A stretch of DNA of 59,140 nt, counting the filler. It is 9 parts of 9 records of this genome, joined end to end, with 100 filler letters (N's around TTAATTAATTAA, not from the genome) between each part and the next. Parts side by side here need not be neighbours in the genome. Positions count along the whole stretch, not along the records: positions 7,193 to 13,302 come from SRR31147125_13279; positions 13,403 to 20,452 come from SRR31147125_13311; positions 20,553 to 26,450 come from SRR31147125_13317; 6 more parts are not named here. One strand, given 5' to 3'. The position numbers and the translations under genes are program-made. Of this stretch, positions 10,752 through 23,718 are shown piece after piece; position 1 is the first letter of the stretch, and every line of letters starts with the position of its first letter. The notes beneath the pieces were generated by a model. The model had not been told where the DNA came from. It saw only the letters and a list, made by a program, of their open reading frames with translations, and did no database searches.

Positions 10752-11588
10752 TTAGTTTGTTAACAATACTGGTTGTTTAGCCAATCTCAGAATGTGCTCA
10801 GTCGTACTCCCAAGAATAGCCTCTCTTATTCGGGAATGTCCAAAAGCACCTATAGATATAATATCAAAATTATTTTCTGTAGCATATTTTACAATATCTT
10901 CATCAGGATGACCTGATTGAACCACTGATTTTAAATTTATATTATAACTTTGAAGATAACGTTCTGCCTCTTTACAATAATGATCTCCAAGTTCTTTATC
11001 ATCGGTCATACACAAGATTGTCGTTTTAGCAAAAGTAGCTTCAGCTATATGCCCTGCGTATTGCAGGGCTTTGTTGGCATGTTTGCTGCCGTCATACGCT
11101 ATCAAAATATTTTTTATGGGATTATATTTCTTTTTCATAACAATAAGAGGTTTACGAACATTTCGGGCGACAGATTCGACTGTTGCGCCAATGCTTCTGT
11201 TTTCTAATCGTGAAAATTCACCCCTTTTACCTATTATCAACAGATCTGCTATTTGCGACCGTTCAATGATAAGTTCCGATGGTGGCCCTACAAGTTTTTC
11301 CAACTCAAACTCAATGTTTTCATCACGGATTATTTGAGCACTTTTTTCAAGGACTTTATCACATTTTTCCTCCAATAATTTTCTGGATTCATCCTGATAC
11401 AAACCGGACGGTACAATAGGAACAAATCCATCTGCACCGATACCGGCAGCCCACTCAAAAAGTCTTACATCTGTAACTGTTAAAACATGAATCTTACTCC
11501 GAAAAACCTTGGCTAAAGCTATTCCCTGAGAAAGAACCGCATCTGTATAATCTGAGCCATCAACGGCAAGCATTATATTTTTAAACAT
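10752..11588 (-). CDS. Universal stress protein, tandem USP domains
   Basis: IMLAVDGS and ILIAYDGS domain starts; GAFGHSRIREAILGSTTE. Confidence 0.9.
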   Translation of the reverse strand: MFKNIMLAVDGSDYTDAVLSQGIALAKVFRSKIHVLTVTDVRLFEWAAGIGADGFVPIVPSGLYQDESRKLLEEKCDKVLEKSAQIIRDENIEFELEKLVGPPSELIIERSQIADLLIIGKRGEFSRLENRSIGATVESVARNVRKPLIVMKKKYNPIKNILIAYDGSKHANKALQYAGHIAEATFAKTTILCMTDDKELGDHYCKEAERYLQSYNINLKSVVQSGHPDEDIVKYATENNFDIISIGAFGHSRIREAILGSTTEHILRLAKQPVLLTN

Positions 11589-11665
11589 GATACAATCCTC
11601 ACAACAAATGCCCTGATAATTACCAAAAAATTATAATATAACGATAATTGATAAAATGCTATGTT

Positions 11666-12685
11666 TTAATACCATATCTCTGCTTTGACTTTTCTGTTCA
11701 TCAGTGCTTCCATGGCATTTTTGGGGATTTTATTTTCAAACAATACATCATATACTTGCCTGCAAATTGGCATTTCCACATTATGGACTAGCGCAAGCTT
11801 GTTAACGGCCTTGCAAGTACGCACACCTTCCGCTACCATGGACATGCTGTTCATAACCTGTTCAAGTGTCTTACCCTTGCCAATTTCTTCGCCTACAAAA
11901 CGATTCCGACTATGACGACTCATACACGTGGCGATAAGATCTCCCATACCAGACAAACCGGCAAATGTCATTGGATTGGCACCAAGTTTACGCCCAAGCC
12001 TGGTCATTTCTGCCAGGCCCCTGGGCTGCAAGGCTGCCTTGGTGTTGTCACCAAATCCTGCCCCGTCACAGATACCTGCAGCTAAAGCTATAACATTTTT
12101 TAATGCACCTCCGATTTCAACTCCAATCACATCCTGACTGGAGTACAAACGAAATGTTGAACTATTGAGAGCATTTTGCACAAGCTCCGCAATCTGCATA
12201 TTTTTTGATGCAACAACCACAGCCGTTGGAATCTGTCGGCTCACTTCCTCTGCATGGCTTGGACCGGATAAAACAGTATACCGGTCTGAATAATGATCCG
12301 GCATTTCTTCAAGTATTATTTCCGAAATCCTTTTTTGACTCTCAATTTCAATACCTTTTGTACAACTGATAAAAATAGTGTCCGTTGCTATATCATAACG
12401 GCTTACATTTTTTATCACGTTTCGAACAACATGGGATGGAACAACTATAAAAATCATACGTGATTTATCAAGGGCCTGTTCCAGATCGCTGGTAATTTGA
12501 ATGTTTTTTGACAGTTCAATACCAGGTAAAACAGATTCCCTTTTTCTCTGTTTATTTAATTGCTCAGCCGCCTCTGTGTCAAACTCCCAGAGACATACGT
12601 CATGTCCTCTCTGGCTACAATGATTGGCAAGAGCAATTCCCCAACTTCCTGCCCCAAGAATTGTTACTTTAATACTATTCTTCAT
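11666..12685 (-). CDS. gpsA: NAD(P)H-dependent glycerol-3-phosphate dehydrogenase
   Basis: GAGSWG, SGPSHAEEV, GGALKNVIA, GLSGMGDL...SRN. Confidence 0.96.
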   Translation of the reverse strand: MKNSIKVTILGAGSWGIALANHCSQRGHDVCLWEFDTEAAEQLNKQRKRESVLPGIELSKNIQITSDLEQALDKSRMIFIVVPSHVVRNVIKNVSRYDIATDTIFISCTKGIEIESQKRISEIILEEMPDHYSDRYTVLSGPSHAEEVSRQIPTAVVVASKNMQIAELVQNALNSSTFRLYSSQDVIGVEIGGALKNVIALAAGICDGAGFGDNTKAALQPRGLAEMTRLGRKLGANPMTFAGLSGMGDLIATCMSRHSRNRFVGEEIGKGKTLEQVMNSMSMVAEGVRTCKAVNKLALVHNVEMPICRQVYDVLFENKIPKNAMEALMNRKVKAEIWY

Positions 12686-12687
12686 TT

Positions 12688-13302
12688 CTATTCATTTCTA
12701 CTATCTTTAGTGATACGGCCCATCTTTAAGGGCTTTTCGTTATTTTCAGTTAATTTCTTCAAAATTACATCAGCAGCGTGTTCTTTTACGATAAATATCA
12801 ATCCAATACCAAGATTAAAGGATTTTCTCATTTCGCTATCTGATATATTTCCATGTTGTTGGATCAGCTGAAATACCTGTGGTATCGTCCAGCTTTGCCA
12901 ATCTATATCAAGTTTTAACCCCTCTCTTAAAAGACGTTTTGTATTGCCTACAATCCCACCACCAGTAATATGGCTGATACCCACAAGCCCATCCAAATCC
13001 CGGATTGCTTGTATTGGCTCTCTATAACTTTTATGTACCTTTAACAAAGTCTCTCCCCACGAGGCTCCCAGGTCGTCATTATAATCTTTTAACGGTACAT
13101 TCACATGTTCAAACAATACTTTTCTGGCCAGGGAATATCCGTTTGTGTGTAAACCATTTGAAGGCAAACCAATAAGAATATCTCCCTCTTCAATATGGCT
13201 TCCATCGATTATTTTGGATTTCTCGACAATACCAACAATTGTGCCGGCCAGATCATACTCCCCGGCTGTATAAAATCCAGGCATTTCAGCTGTTTCGCCG
13301 CC
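12688..13302 (-). CDS. purM: Phosphoribosylformylglycinamidine cyclo-ligase (AIR synthetase); 5' truncated
   Basis: GGETAEMPG at the contig edge, SNGLHTNGYSL, HITGGG, FNLGIG. Confidence 0.95.
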   Translation of the reverse strand, partial: GGETAEMPGFYTAGEYDLAGTIVGIVEKSKIIDGSHIEEGDILIGLPSNGLHTNGYSLARKVLFEHVNVPLKDYNDDLGASWGETLLKVHKSYREPIQAIRDLDGLVGISHITGGGIVGNTKRLLREGLKLDIDWQSWTIPQVFQLIQQHGNISDSEMRKSFNLGIGLIFIVKEHAADVILKKLTENNEKPLKMGRITKDSRNE

Positions 13303-13402
13303 NNNNNNNNNNNNNNNNNNNNNNNNNNNNNNNNNNNNNNNNNNNNTTAATTAATTAANNNNNNNNNNNNNNNNNNNNNNNNNNNNNNNNNNNNNNNNNN
13401 NN
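13303..13402. other. Artificial contig spacer
   Basis: 44 N + TTAATTAATTAA + 44 N. Confidence 0.99.
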
Positions 13403-14042
13403 TAGGATCCGTGGCCGACTCGAAAAATGAGGGAATGTATACGCCTTTTATCTGCGACCAGGATCTTAGCAGACGCTGCCTGTCACCATCGTTAGTTTTT
13501 CGCCAATCTTTCCATGCGTCGGTCAGCTGCAGGATTACCGCTTCGCCATCGCCAATCACGACGGCATCGAAAAACTCTGCCACCGGTTCAGGATTGCACA
13601 TGCACGGACCACCTGCGATGACGAAAGGATCGGTATTTCTCCGTTCGCGGCTAAAAAGGGAACCCCGGACAAATCAAGCATATTCACCATATTGGTGTAA
13701 TTGAGCTCATAAAGAAGGCTAAACCCAATAATATCAAATTTCTTGAGGGGCGTCTGGGATTCCAGGCTGCATAAGGGTATTTTTTTCCCGAAGCAACGCT
13801 TCCATATCAATGGCTGGAGCAAACACCCGTTCGGCCAGGATATCTTTTTGGCCATTGAGCATGCTGTACAGTATCTGGATACCGAAATGGGAGGTGGCTA
13901 TCTCGTAGAGATCCGGAAAGGCGAGGGCGACATGCAGTTCAACATCTTCCCATTGTTTTATTATACAATTCGCCTCAAACCCCAAATAGCGGCTGGGCTT
14001 CTGGACTAATGGCAGGACATCTTGAATGGTAAATTCGCTCAT
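13403..14042 (-). CDS. N-terminal part of a TIGR03960-type B12-binding radical SAM protein; two apparent homopolymer frameshifts; 3' truncated
   Basis: Three overlapping ORF pieces join into LPLVQKPSRYLGFE...LAFPDLYEI..SHFG..ILY / SLES..PL..FDIIGFSLLYELNYTN / NPEPVAEFFDAVVIGDGE. Confidence 0.8.
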
Positions 14043-14084
14043 GTTATGTTTCTATTTATATACCGTTTAAATTAAAGGGTTGAA

Positions 14085-15504
14085 ATGGCAAAGATATCGA
14101 CACAAATCAATCAAAAAAAACGTCTCCGTTGGCTTATGTTAGGATTAGTGCTGTTTTTTTCGATGAGTGACCAACCCGGTCTATGCAATATCGAAACGCG
14201 GGAAAGCAGCGTTGTTCGTGCGGTCCGAAATGTCAGCCCAGCTGTCGTGAACATAAGTTCGCAATATGAGATACGCAAGAATTCCAATCCTTTTTCAGGA
14301 TATGGAATGGATCCTCGGGTGGAACAATTTTTTAGCGATTTTTTTCTCCGGAAATGCAGCGCAGGGAAAAAAGGACCAGCCTCGGCTCCGGAGTCATTAT
14401 CGATGGAACCCGTGGATTTGTGTTGACCAATACCCATGTGGTGGAAAAATCCACGAGGATCAACGTCGCCTTGAACGACAAACGGGAATTTGAAGCCACC
14501 ATCGTGGGCATGGATCCGGACTCCGACTTGGCCGTTCTTAAAATCAAATCGGAGAACCCCCTGCCGGCAGTTCAAATGGGAAATTCAGATGATATCATGA
14601 TCGGCGAATCGGTTATCGCCATAGGCAATCCTTTCGGCTTTTCCCACACCGTTACCACGGGTGTCGTCAGTGCGGTAAACCGTAGCATAAAAACGGCGGA
14701 TCGTGTTTTTCACGAATTCATCCAAACGGATGCATCGATCAATCCGGGAAATAGCGGCGGCCCGCTACTGAATATCAATAGTGAGTTAATCGGAATCAAC
14801 ACGGCGATTTATGCCCAAGCACAAGGTATCGGCTTCGCTATTCCAATTAACCGGGCAAAGCGGATCATTTCCGATCTAATCAACTTTGGAACCGTTGTCC
14901 AACCGTGGATTGGCATGACCGTTCAACAGCTTGATACAAAGCTGGCCAATTATTTGAAGATAAAAAACAAAGGCATGCTGGTTAAATCCGTGGAGGTGGA
15001 TAGCCCGGCGGCGGTATCAGGTATCCAAGAAGGCGATATCATCCTATCTATTAACGGAAAAAAATATCGACGGTCAATGATTATCAATTAAAAACAAATG
15101 AAATATCAACGGGTCAAAAAATATCGGTTGAAATCAACAGAAAAGGAAAAATTTCAACCGCTTTTCTTAAAACGACGCCTTTTCCCCTGGAACGCGCATT
15201 GAATCTGGCCAGCCGGCGGTTGGGTATTATGGTAGCGGAAGTAAATGAAAAAACGAGGGTCAAATATGGATTGAAGGCAAAGACAGGCGTGTTGATCATT
15301 AAATTGCGCAGGGGCAGTCATCTGGATAGAATTGGGGTTAATCCTGGAGATATCATCCATCAAATCGACGAAGAACGGGTGGAAAAGATGTCTGACTTCA
15401 AAGCGGCGATGGTTAAATACAGAGATAAACCGGCATTGGTTCTTCTTGTCCAGCGAGATGCGTATTTATATTATATCAATGCAATCATGAAGGGTAATGG
15501 ATGA
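14085..15504 (+). CDS. HtrA/DegP-family serine protease with two PDZ domains; frameshifts near 14345 and 15062
   Basis: GSGVII, TNTHVV, DLAVLKI, IQTDASINPGNSGGPL; the pieces join at T and A runs. Confidence 0.88.
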
Positions 15505-16885
15505 TGGAAAGAATCAAAATTGCTGCAATGATCGCCAGTGACCGTCCCATTGAAAATGTGCTCATCAAGGGATGGATCCGAACCAAACGTGACTCGAAAA
15601 GCTTTTCCTTTATTGAGCTTAACGATGGCTCTTGCCTTGCGAACATACAAGTTATTGTGGATGAAAAAATAGCCGACTATGATTCAATTAAAAGAGTAAC
15701 CACCGGGTCGGCGTTGGCCGTGAGGGGACACCTGGTTGAATCCAAGGGCAGTGGGCAGAAATGGGAAATTCAGGCAGATCAGGTTGAAATTATTAGTATC
15801 GCACCCGATTCATTTCCATTACAAAAAAAACGCCATGGTGATGAATATCTTAGAAGTATTGCCCATCTTAGACCGCGAACCAATAAATATGGAGCTATTT
15901 TCAGAATTCGTTCCGAACTTTCTTGGGCGGTTCATCAATTTTTCAGGGAAAGGGGTTCCGATATATTCAGACCCCGATTATAACCGGTTCGGATTGCGAG
16001 GGTGCCGGAGAGCTTTTTCGGGTGACCACGTTGAATCCCCCCATACCGATGATACAAAACAACAGAATAGACTTTAAAAATGATTTTTTCGGAACAGAAT
16101 CAAACTTAACGGTTTCTGGTCAGCTATCAGCCGAAATGTTTGCCCTCGCTCTGGGTGACGTCTATACATTTGGTCCCACATTTCGCGCTGAAAATTCAAA
16201 TACCAGCCGTCATGTTGCCGAATTCTGGATGATTGAGCCTGAAATGGCCTTTTGTGATCTAAACGGCAATATGGACTTGGGGGAAACCCTGATCAAACAT
16301 TTGATCCATTTCACCATGGACCATTGTGCGCAGGATTTGGCTCTATTTGCCCGTTTTGTTGATAAGCAACTGATGCCAACCCTGGATAATATCGTTTCAT
16401 CTGAATTTGAACGCCTTCCCTACAAGGAAGCGGTTGATATTTTGATTGATTCTAAAGAACCGTTTTCCTATCCCATCGCCCAAGGATCAGATCTGCAATC
16501 CGAACACGAACGCTACCTGACCGAAAAGTACTTTAATAAACCTATCATTCTTTATAATTATCCAAAAGCCATCAAACCATTTTACATGCGCCTAAACGAT
16601 GATGATCAAACCGTGGCGGCCATGGATATCCTGGTTCCCCGGATCGGTGAAATAATTGGCGGAAGTCAACGCGAAGAGCGGTTGGATGTTCTTGAACAAC
16701 AAATTGAAATGGCCGGACTTTCCAAGCAAAGCTACTGGTGGTACTTGGACTCCAGGCGCTACGGTACGGTTCCGCATAGTGGATTTGGAATGGGTTTCGA
16801 GCGGTTGTTAATGCTGATTACCGGTGTGACGAATATTCGGGATGTGATCTCTTTTCCCAGAACTCCGGGAAGTATAGATTTTTAA
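15501..16885 (+). CDS. asnS: Asparagine--tRNA ligase (E. coli-like long type); frameshift near 15955
   Basis: [58 protein letters not shown]. Confidence 0.92.
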
Positions 16886-17045
16886 GTTATTTCAGTTCTG
16901 GAGGCAAGTCTGTCGTGAACCGATAGACACAATAACTATTTAATATTATTAGAATTAATACTTAATCTATTCCCATAACAGGAAATATTATTTATCAATG
17001 AATAAAAAATGATTGACATCCAAAAATGTTTGTGAGAGGGAGTAC

Positions 17046-17225
17046 GTGCTCTTTTGTGCAGATGTCCTGAATTGACCTGATCTGACCTTCATTCTGACCC
17101 GATAATCCGGAAATAGATACTGATTCTGAAGTTGATGTGGATAACGCATAATATTTGCCATTTAAAAGAGCGCACCCATTTAAGAGCCCCTGATCTTCCC
17201 AATGGAATTTCAGGGGTTCTTTTTT
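17046..17225 (+). ncRNA. Candidate structured small RNA of unknown family between convergent asnS and gyrB
   Basis: Long-range end pairing 17046-17056 with 17163-17173 and 17058-17065 with 17151-17158; six CTGA in the enclosed loop; TTGACA at 17013; terminator at 17183-17225. Confidence 0.45.
17183..17225 (+). terminator. Rho-independent terminator (+ orientation)
   Basis: AGAGCCCCTGA / TCAGGGGTTCT stem with inner TTCC/GGAA pairing, then a T run. Confidence 0.8.
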
Positions 17226-17254
17226 GTGGAGAGAAGTATGATGTTAATATTTTT

Positions 17255-19656
<2,402 letters not shown>

Positions 19657-20452
19657 TTATATTCTCATTGGCATAATAACGCTGATAAAGGTATTATCCG
19701 TGTCCGCTTCAATGACACAGGGATGGTTTCCGTCTACAACATTGATAACTATATTTTCATCATCGATAACGCCGAGTGTATCCAGAAAAAATTTTGGGTT
19801 AAAGGCGACTTCTATCGCATCCCCGGTAAAGTCTATCTCGGTTTCCTCTTTGGATTCACCGTAATCCGGATTGGTTGCCGTGACAACCAGTTTGTTTTCA
19901 TCAAACATAAAAACAGCGCCTTTATAATTATCCGTTGCCAGGATAGACATGCGTTTTAGCATTTTTCCAAAACTTGCTTTATCCAACTGGATAATATGAT
20001 CATCACCCTTTTTTAGAATGTCTTGATATTTGGGAAATTCACCCTCGAGCATACGAATAATAATGGTTTCCGATTCCTTCTGAACAATAAAATTGCTTTC
20101 TTTTATCCCTACCTGCACCTCTCCTTCGATGTCTAAAAATTTAGCCACCTCATTCAATCCCTTTTTAGGGACCAGCACTCCGTCTCCAACCGGGAAGGCA
20201 TCTTTTGACCCATAGGTATGATCGACGGCATTTAGGCGACTGCCGTCCGTTGACACGAATCTGAACAGGTGACCATCATCTCCAGTGGTGCGCTCGATAA
20301 ACACACCGTTGATATGCGCCCTTTTTTCATCACCGGCAGCGGATATGATGATGGCGCGTTCAATCATTTTTTCCAAGACGGACGCTTCGATTGAAAAAAA
20401 ATCCACCTCGCTGATATGGGGCGTTTCCGGAAAATCATCCGGATTCATGCCT
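19657..20452 (-). CDS. dnaN: DNA polymerase III beta sliding clamp; 5' truncated
   Basis: STDGSRL, VPKKGL, EGEFPKY, AFNPKF, C-terminal VIMPMRI. Confidence 0.95.
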
Positions 20453-20552
20453 NNNNNNNNNNNNNNNNNNNNNNNNNNNNNNNNNNNNNNNNNNNNTTAA
20501 TTAATTAANNNNNNNNNNNNNNNNNNNNNNNNNNNNNNNNNNNNNNNNNNNN
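20453..20552. other. Artificial contig spacer
   Basis: 44 N + TTAATTAATTAA + 44 N. Confidence 0.99.
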
Positions 20553-22230
20553 GACTGGCAATCCGAACAATTTTTATATTATGATCGAGTTGATCTAATT
20601 CATCAAGAAACTTGATAAGTTTTGAAGGGATCAGTAATGGATCTCCTCCAGTAATCAGTAGCTCTCTCACCTCATTCAAATCTGATAATTCTGAGATTGC
20701 TCTTGCTATCCTGCTTAGATCTTCCTGTGATAATGCAAATGGAGAATAAAACTGTCGTAGGCAATGCCTACAGTTTGCCAAACACTGTAAAAGAGGTTCT
20801 ACCAGTAATACTCTGCGATACAACCTTTCCAATCCCAGTAGCTTTTTCCCCTCAAATTCAAATAACGATGAAGCTTCATAATGCTTTAAAGTAAAATCAT
20901 CTGATGGTTTAACTCTTGGTGCTGATGATATATAGAATTGTTTCTCAAGCACATTTTGGATTTTTGAATTGCCCTGATCTATGGCACTTTTTAATTTACT
21001 TTCAACAAATGAGCTAACACGAAATCCGGCTGTTCCCTTAGCCTTTTTATTTGTATCAATGTGAAGAGATACAACATCTTCAACTCTATCTATAAAATTG
21101 ATTGCCTCTTCAACAGTATCCAACCCAAACGCTACAACTCCTAAAGTATTTGAACCAATTTTGAATTCTTCAACCTCATCGCCCACTTCAGCAATTTGAT
21201 GCTCAAATACAACTTTATCAATAAAGTCTTTATCGATTGAATAACCATTATATAACCCATTATCGTTACTACTGAGGATGTAAGAAACAACAGGTTTTAT
21301 CGAATCATTCATAGAAATTGGATATGTTTCACCAAATGCAGCATAAATTGACGCCTCGGTCATATCAAAACCAGAAGCGATCTCTACCATTTTTGGAACA
21401 AAATTTCCACCATTTCTGAGAGCTATATCAACAATATACACTCCACTTTCAGAGACCAAGCCATCAAAATTGATGCATCCAGAAGTAAGCTTTAATTCAG
21501 AAATAATTGATTGAAATTGTTTATCAAGATTTTCCTTAATTTCATCGGAGATCAGCCCAGGAAAAATTTCCCCAACAGGAACATTATACTTACTGCCTTT
21601 CTTAAAATAATTATGACCATATAAAGAGAATGCCAATTCCCCATTCTGAAAAAAGACATCTCCATCCAATTCAAGCATAGTACTATCTATTTTTTCTTCA
21701 AAGATAACCTCACCAGCAGTTGAATTTAAATAGGCATGATTAAAAGCTCTTTCCAATTCTGATTGCTCTTTTACAAATGATTGACCTCTTGAACCTCCAG
21801 AATCTGAAGGTTTAACTATTAACTCACTTTTTGCAAGCAATGGCTCCACTTTATCAATTTCTTCCAAGGAATTAACTGAAACAAAACAAGGATGAGGCAA
21901 ACTTAGTTTACTTTGAACTTCTCTGAATTTTACTTTACTTTGAAGTACAATTGATGCATATAACGGATTTCCGGGAAGATTCATCTCCTTCGCAACATAT
22001 GATACAGTTTCCACAGCTGCATTTGCAGCATATGTCATAATTGCATCTATCTTATACTCAATTGCCGCTTCAAGAATTTTTTCTTTATCAACTGTTGAAA
22101 TTTTAAGACAGTGATCACTGAAGGAGTGCCCTATTTGAGATAAATCATCACTGACAGTTACAATTATACATCCAAGATCTTTCGCTTTTTTTATAGCCGG
22201 TAATTGATATGCTGTTGCACCCAAGAACAT
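20553..22230 (-). CDS. ATP-grasp domain fused to a KamA/EpmB-like (amino acid 2,3-aminomutase) radical SAM domain; 3' truncated; true start probably ATG 22255
   Basis: N-terminal LGATAYQ, IVKPSDSGGSRG, FEEKI, RNGG (ATP-grasp); C-terminal LERLYRRVLL...CLANCRHCLRQ...VRELLITGGDPL...IVRIAS (KamA-like). Confidence 0.8.
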
Positions 22231-22288
22231 TAATCGTTTAAATTTTCAAGTTCATCTAATCACTCCTTATCATTATAAATGCAGGTTT

Positions 22289-23053
22289 TTACCCGAGAAT
22301 CTCTCGTAGAATATGTACATCATCTTCATAATCAAATAAGTTATGTTTTGACTTTTTATTCGTTTCTATACTGATTCTCTTTTTATTTAAAATTACTTTT
22401 TTCAACTTGTTAAAATCCAAATTACCTTTTCCGATATTTAAATGATCATCATATGGCGTATTTGTATCTGTGTCTGATAGATGATACATTGACGGGTTTA
22501 AGGACATAAACTTTTTAAGGTACTCCCAATAATCAATATCTTGAAAAACAGCAGAAGCAATAGCGTGTCCGACATCAAGAACAAATCCAACTTTTGCTTC
22601 ATTCATAATCAATGAAATTTCTTCTGGAGTAGTTCCAATGAAATACTCGATTTCACCAGGATCAATAACAGTAATTGGCACATTCTCAATAAGGAATCTG
22701 GAATCAGATATTCTATTCAATTGATTGATGGTCTCTTCTTTATACCCATTAACGCCGCTATGAAATATAATATTTTCAGCATCAAGTTCATCCGCAAACA
22801 TTAAAACTTCAGAGATTAAATTGATATTGTATGTATAACTATTAACATCTGCAAGGTTAAAGCCATGTGCGAAATGAGGGGCATGAATAACATATGGAAT
22901 ATTTAGTTTTTTCCACTTCTTTAAAGTATCAGAACTTCCTGGCACACAATACAATTCGATAAAATCAACTTTCCCGGCATCAAGCAAACGCCTTGCTTCA
23001 TCATAGTATGCCCCTGTGTTTATTGACCAAATTTTCAATCCATATTCAAACAT
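22289..23053 (-). CDS. TIM-barrel metalloenzyme, AP endonuclease 2/xylose-isomerase-like family
   Basis: HAPH, FHSG, IENVP, LDVGHA, HLSD, DDHL, IET metal-ligand pattern. Confidence 0.8.
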   Translation of the reverse strand: MFEYGLKIWSINTGAYYDEARRLLDAGKVDFIELYCVPGSSDTLKKWKKLNIPYVIHAPHFAHGFNLADVNSYTYNINLISEVLMFADELDAENIIFHSGVNGYKEETINQLNRISDSRFLIENVPITVIDPGEIEYFIGTTPEEISLIMNEAKVGFVLDVGHAIASAVFQDIDYWEYLKKFMSLNPSMYHLSDTDTNTPYDDHLNIGKGNLDFNKLKKVILNKKRISIETNKKSKHNLFDYEDDVHILREILG

Positions 23054-23718
23054 CGATATAAAACCTCAGCTATCAACCAATCTTCTTCAGTATCAATATC
23101 TCTGACCTGACTCTCTCTCAGAACTAATCCATAAGTATTTCCTGAAAGGATTGATCCATTTTTATCAAAATCATTCACATTGAACATATAGAACTGGCCA
23201 GAATCATGGTAGACCTTTTGCAAATCTTGCGATCTTTTATATGCATTCTCTGGATACAAATATTCAATGCATTCATTCGACAATCTGAATCCTCGCTGCA
23301 CTGGGTGAGAGTACTCAACAATCGGTATAACACAGGAGTATTCCTTCAACTTTGCAAATGAGCTACGCAAGATATTTCCTGTAACAAAAGGAGCTGTCGG
23401 GTAAAGACAACAACATATATCAAACATTTTCCCTTGTGATCTATAGTTATCGAGCACTTCCCTCAAAACATCCTCGGTTGTAGCATAATCATCTGCATTC
23501 TTACTACTTCTGATAAAGGGTATTTTTGCACCTGATTTAATTGCTAGATCAGCAATTTCACTATTATCTGTCGAAACCATTACTTCATCGAATATCTGAC
23601 TTGCAATAGCAGTCTCAATAGAATACGAAAGGATTGGTTTTCCACAAAAATCCTTGATATTTTTTCTGGGGATTCGCTTGCTATTCCCACGAGCAGGTAT
23701 TATACATATTGACTTCAT
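23035..23718 (-). CDS. pseF: Pseudaminic acid cytidylyltransferase
   Basis: IIPARGNSKRIPRKNI, CCLYPTAPF, RSQDL...YHDSGQFY, DIDTEEDW; directly follows pseC. Confidence 0.88.
   Translation of the reverse strand: MKSICIIPARGNSKRIPRKNIKDFCGKPILSYSIETAIASQIFDEVMVSTDNSEIADLAIKSGAKIPFIRSSKNADDYATTEDVLREVLDNYRSQGKMFDICCCLYPTAPFVTGNILRSSFAKLKEYSCVIPIVEYSHPVQRGFRLSNECIEYLYPENAYKRSQDLQKVYHDSGQFYMFNVNDFDKNGSILSGNTYGLVLRESQVRDIDTEEDWLIAEVLYRCLNMD

Noticed and set aside
9420-16885. Two asnS genes within 8 kb as a duplication
   Set aside because: They lie on different contigs separated by a spacer and are of different sequence types.
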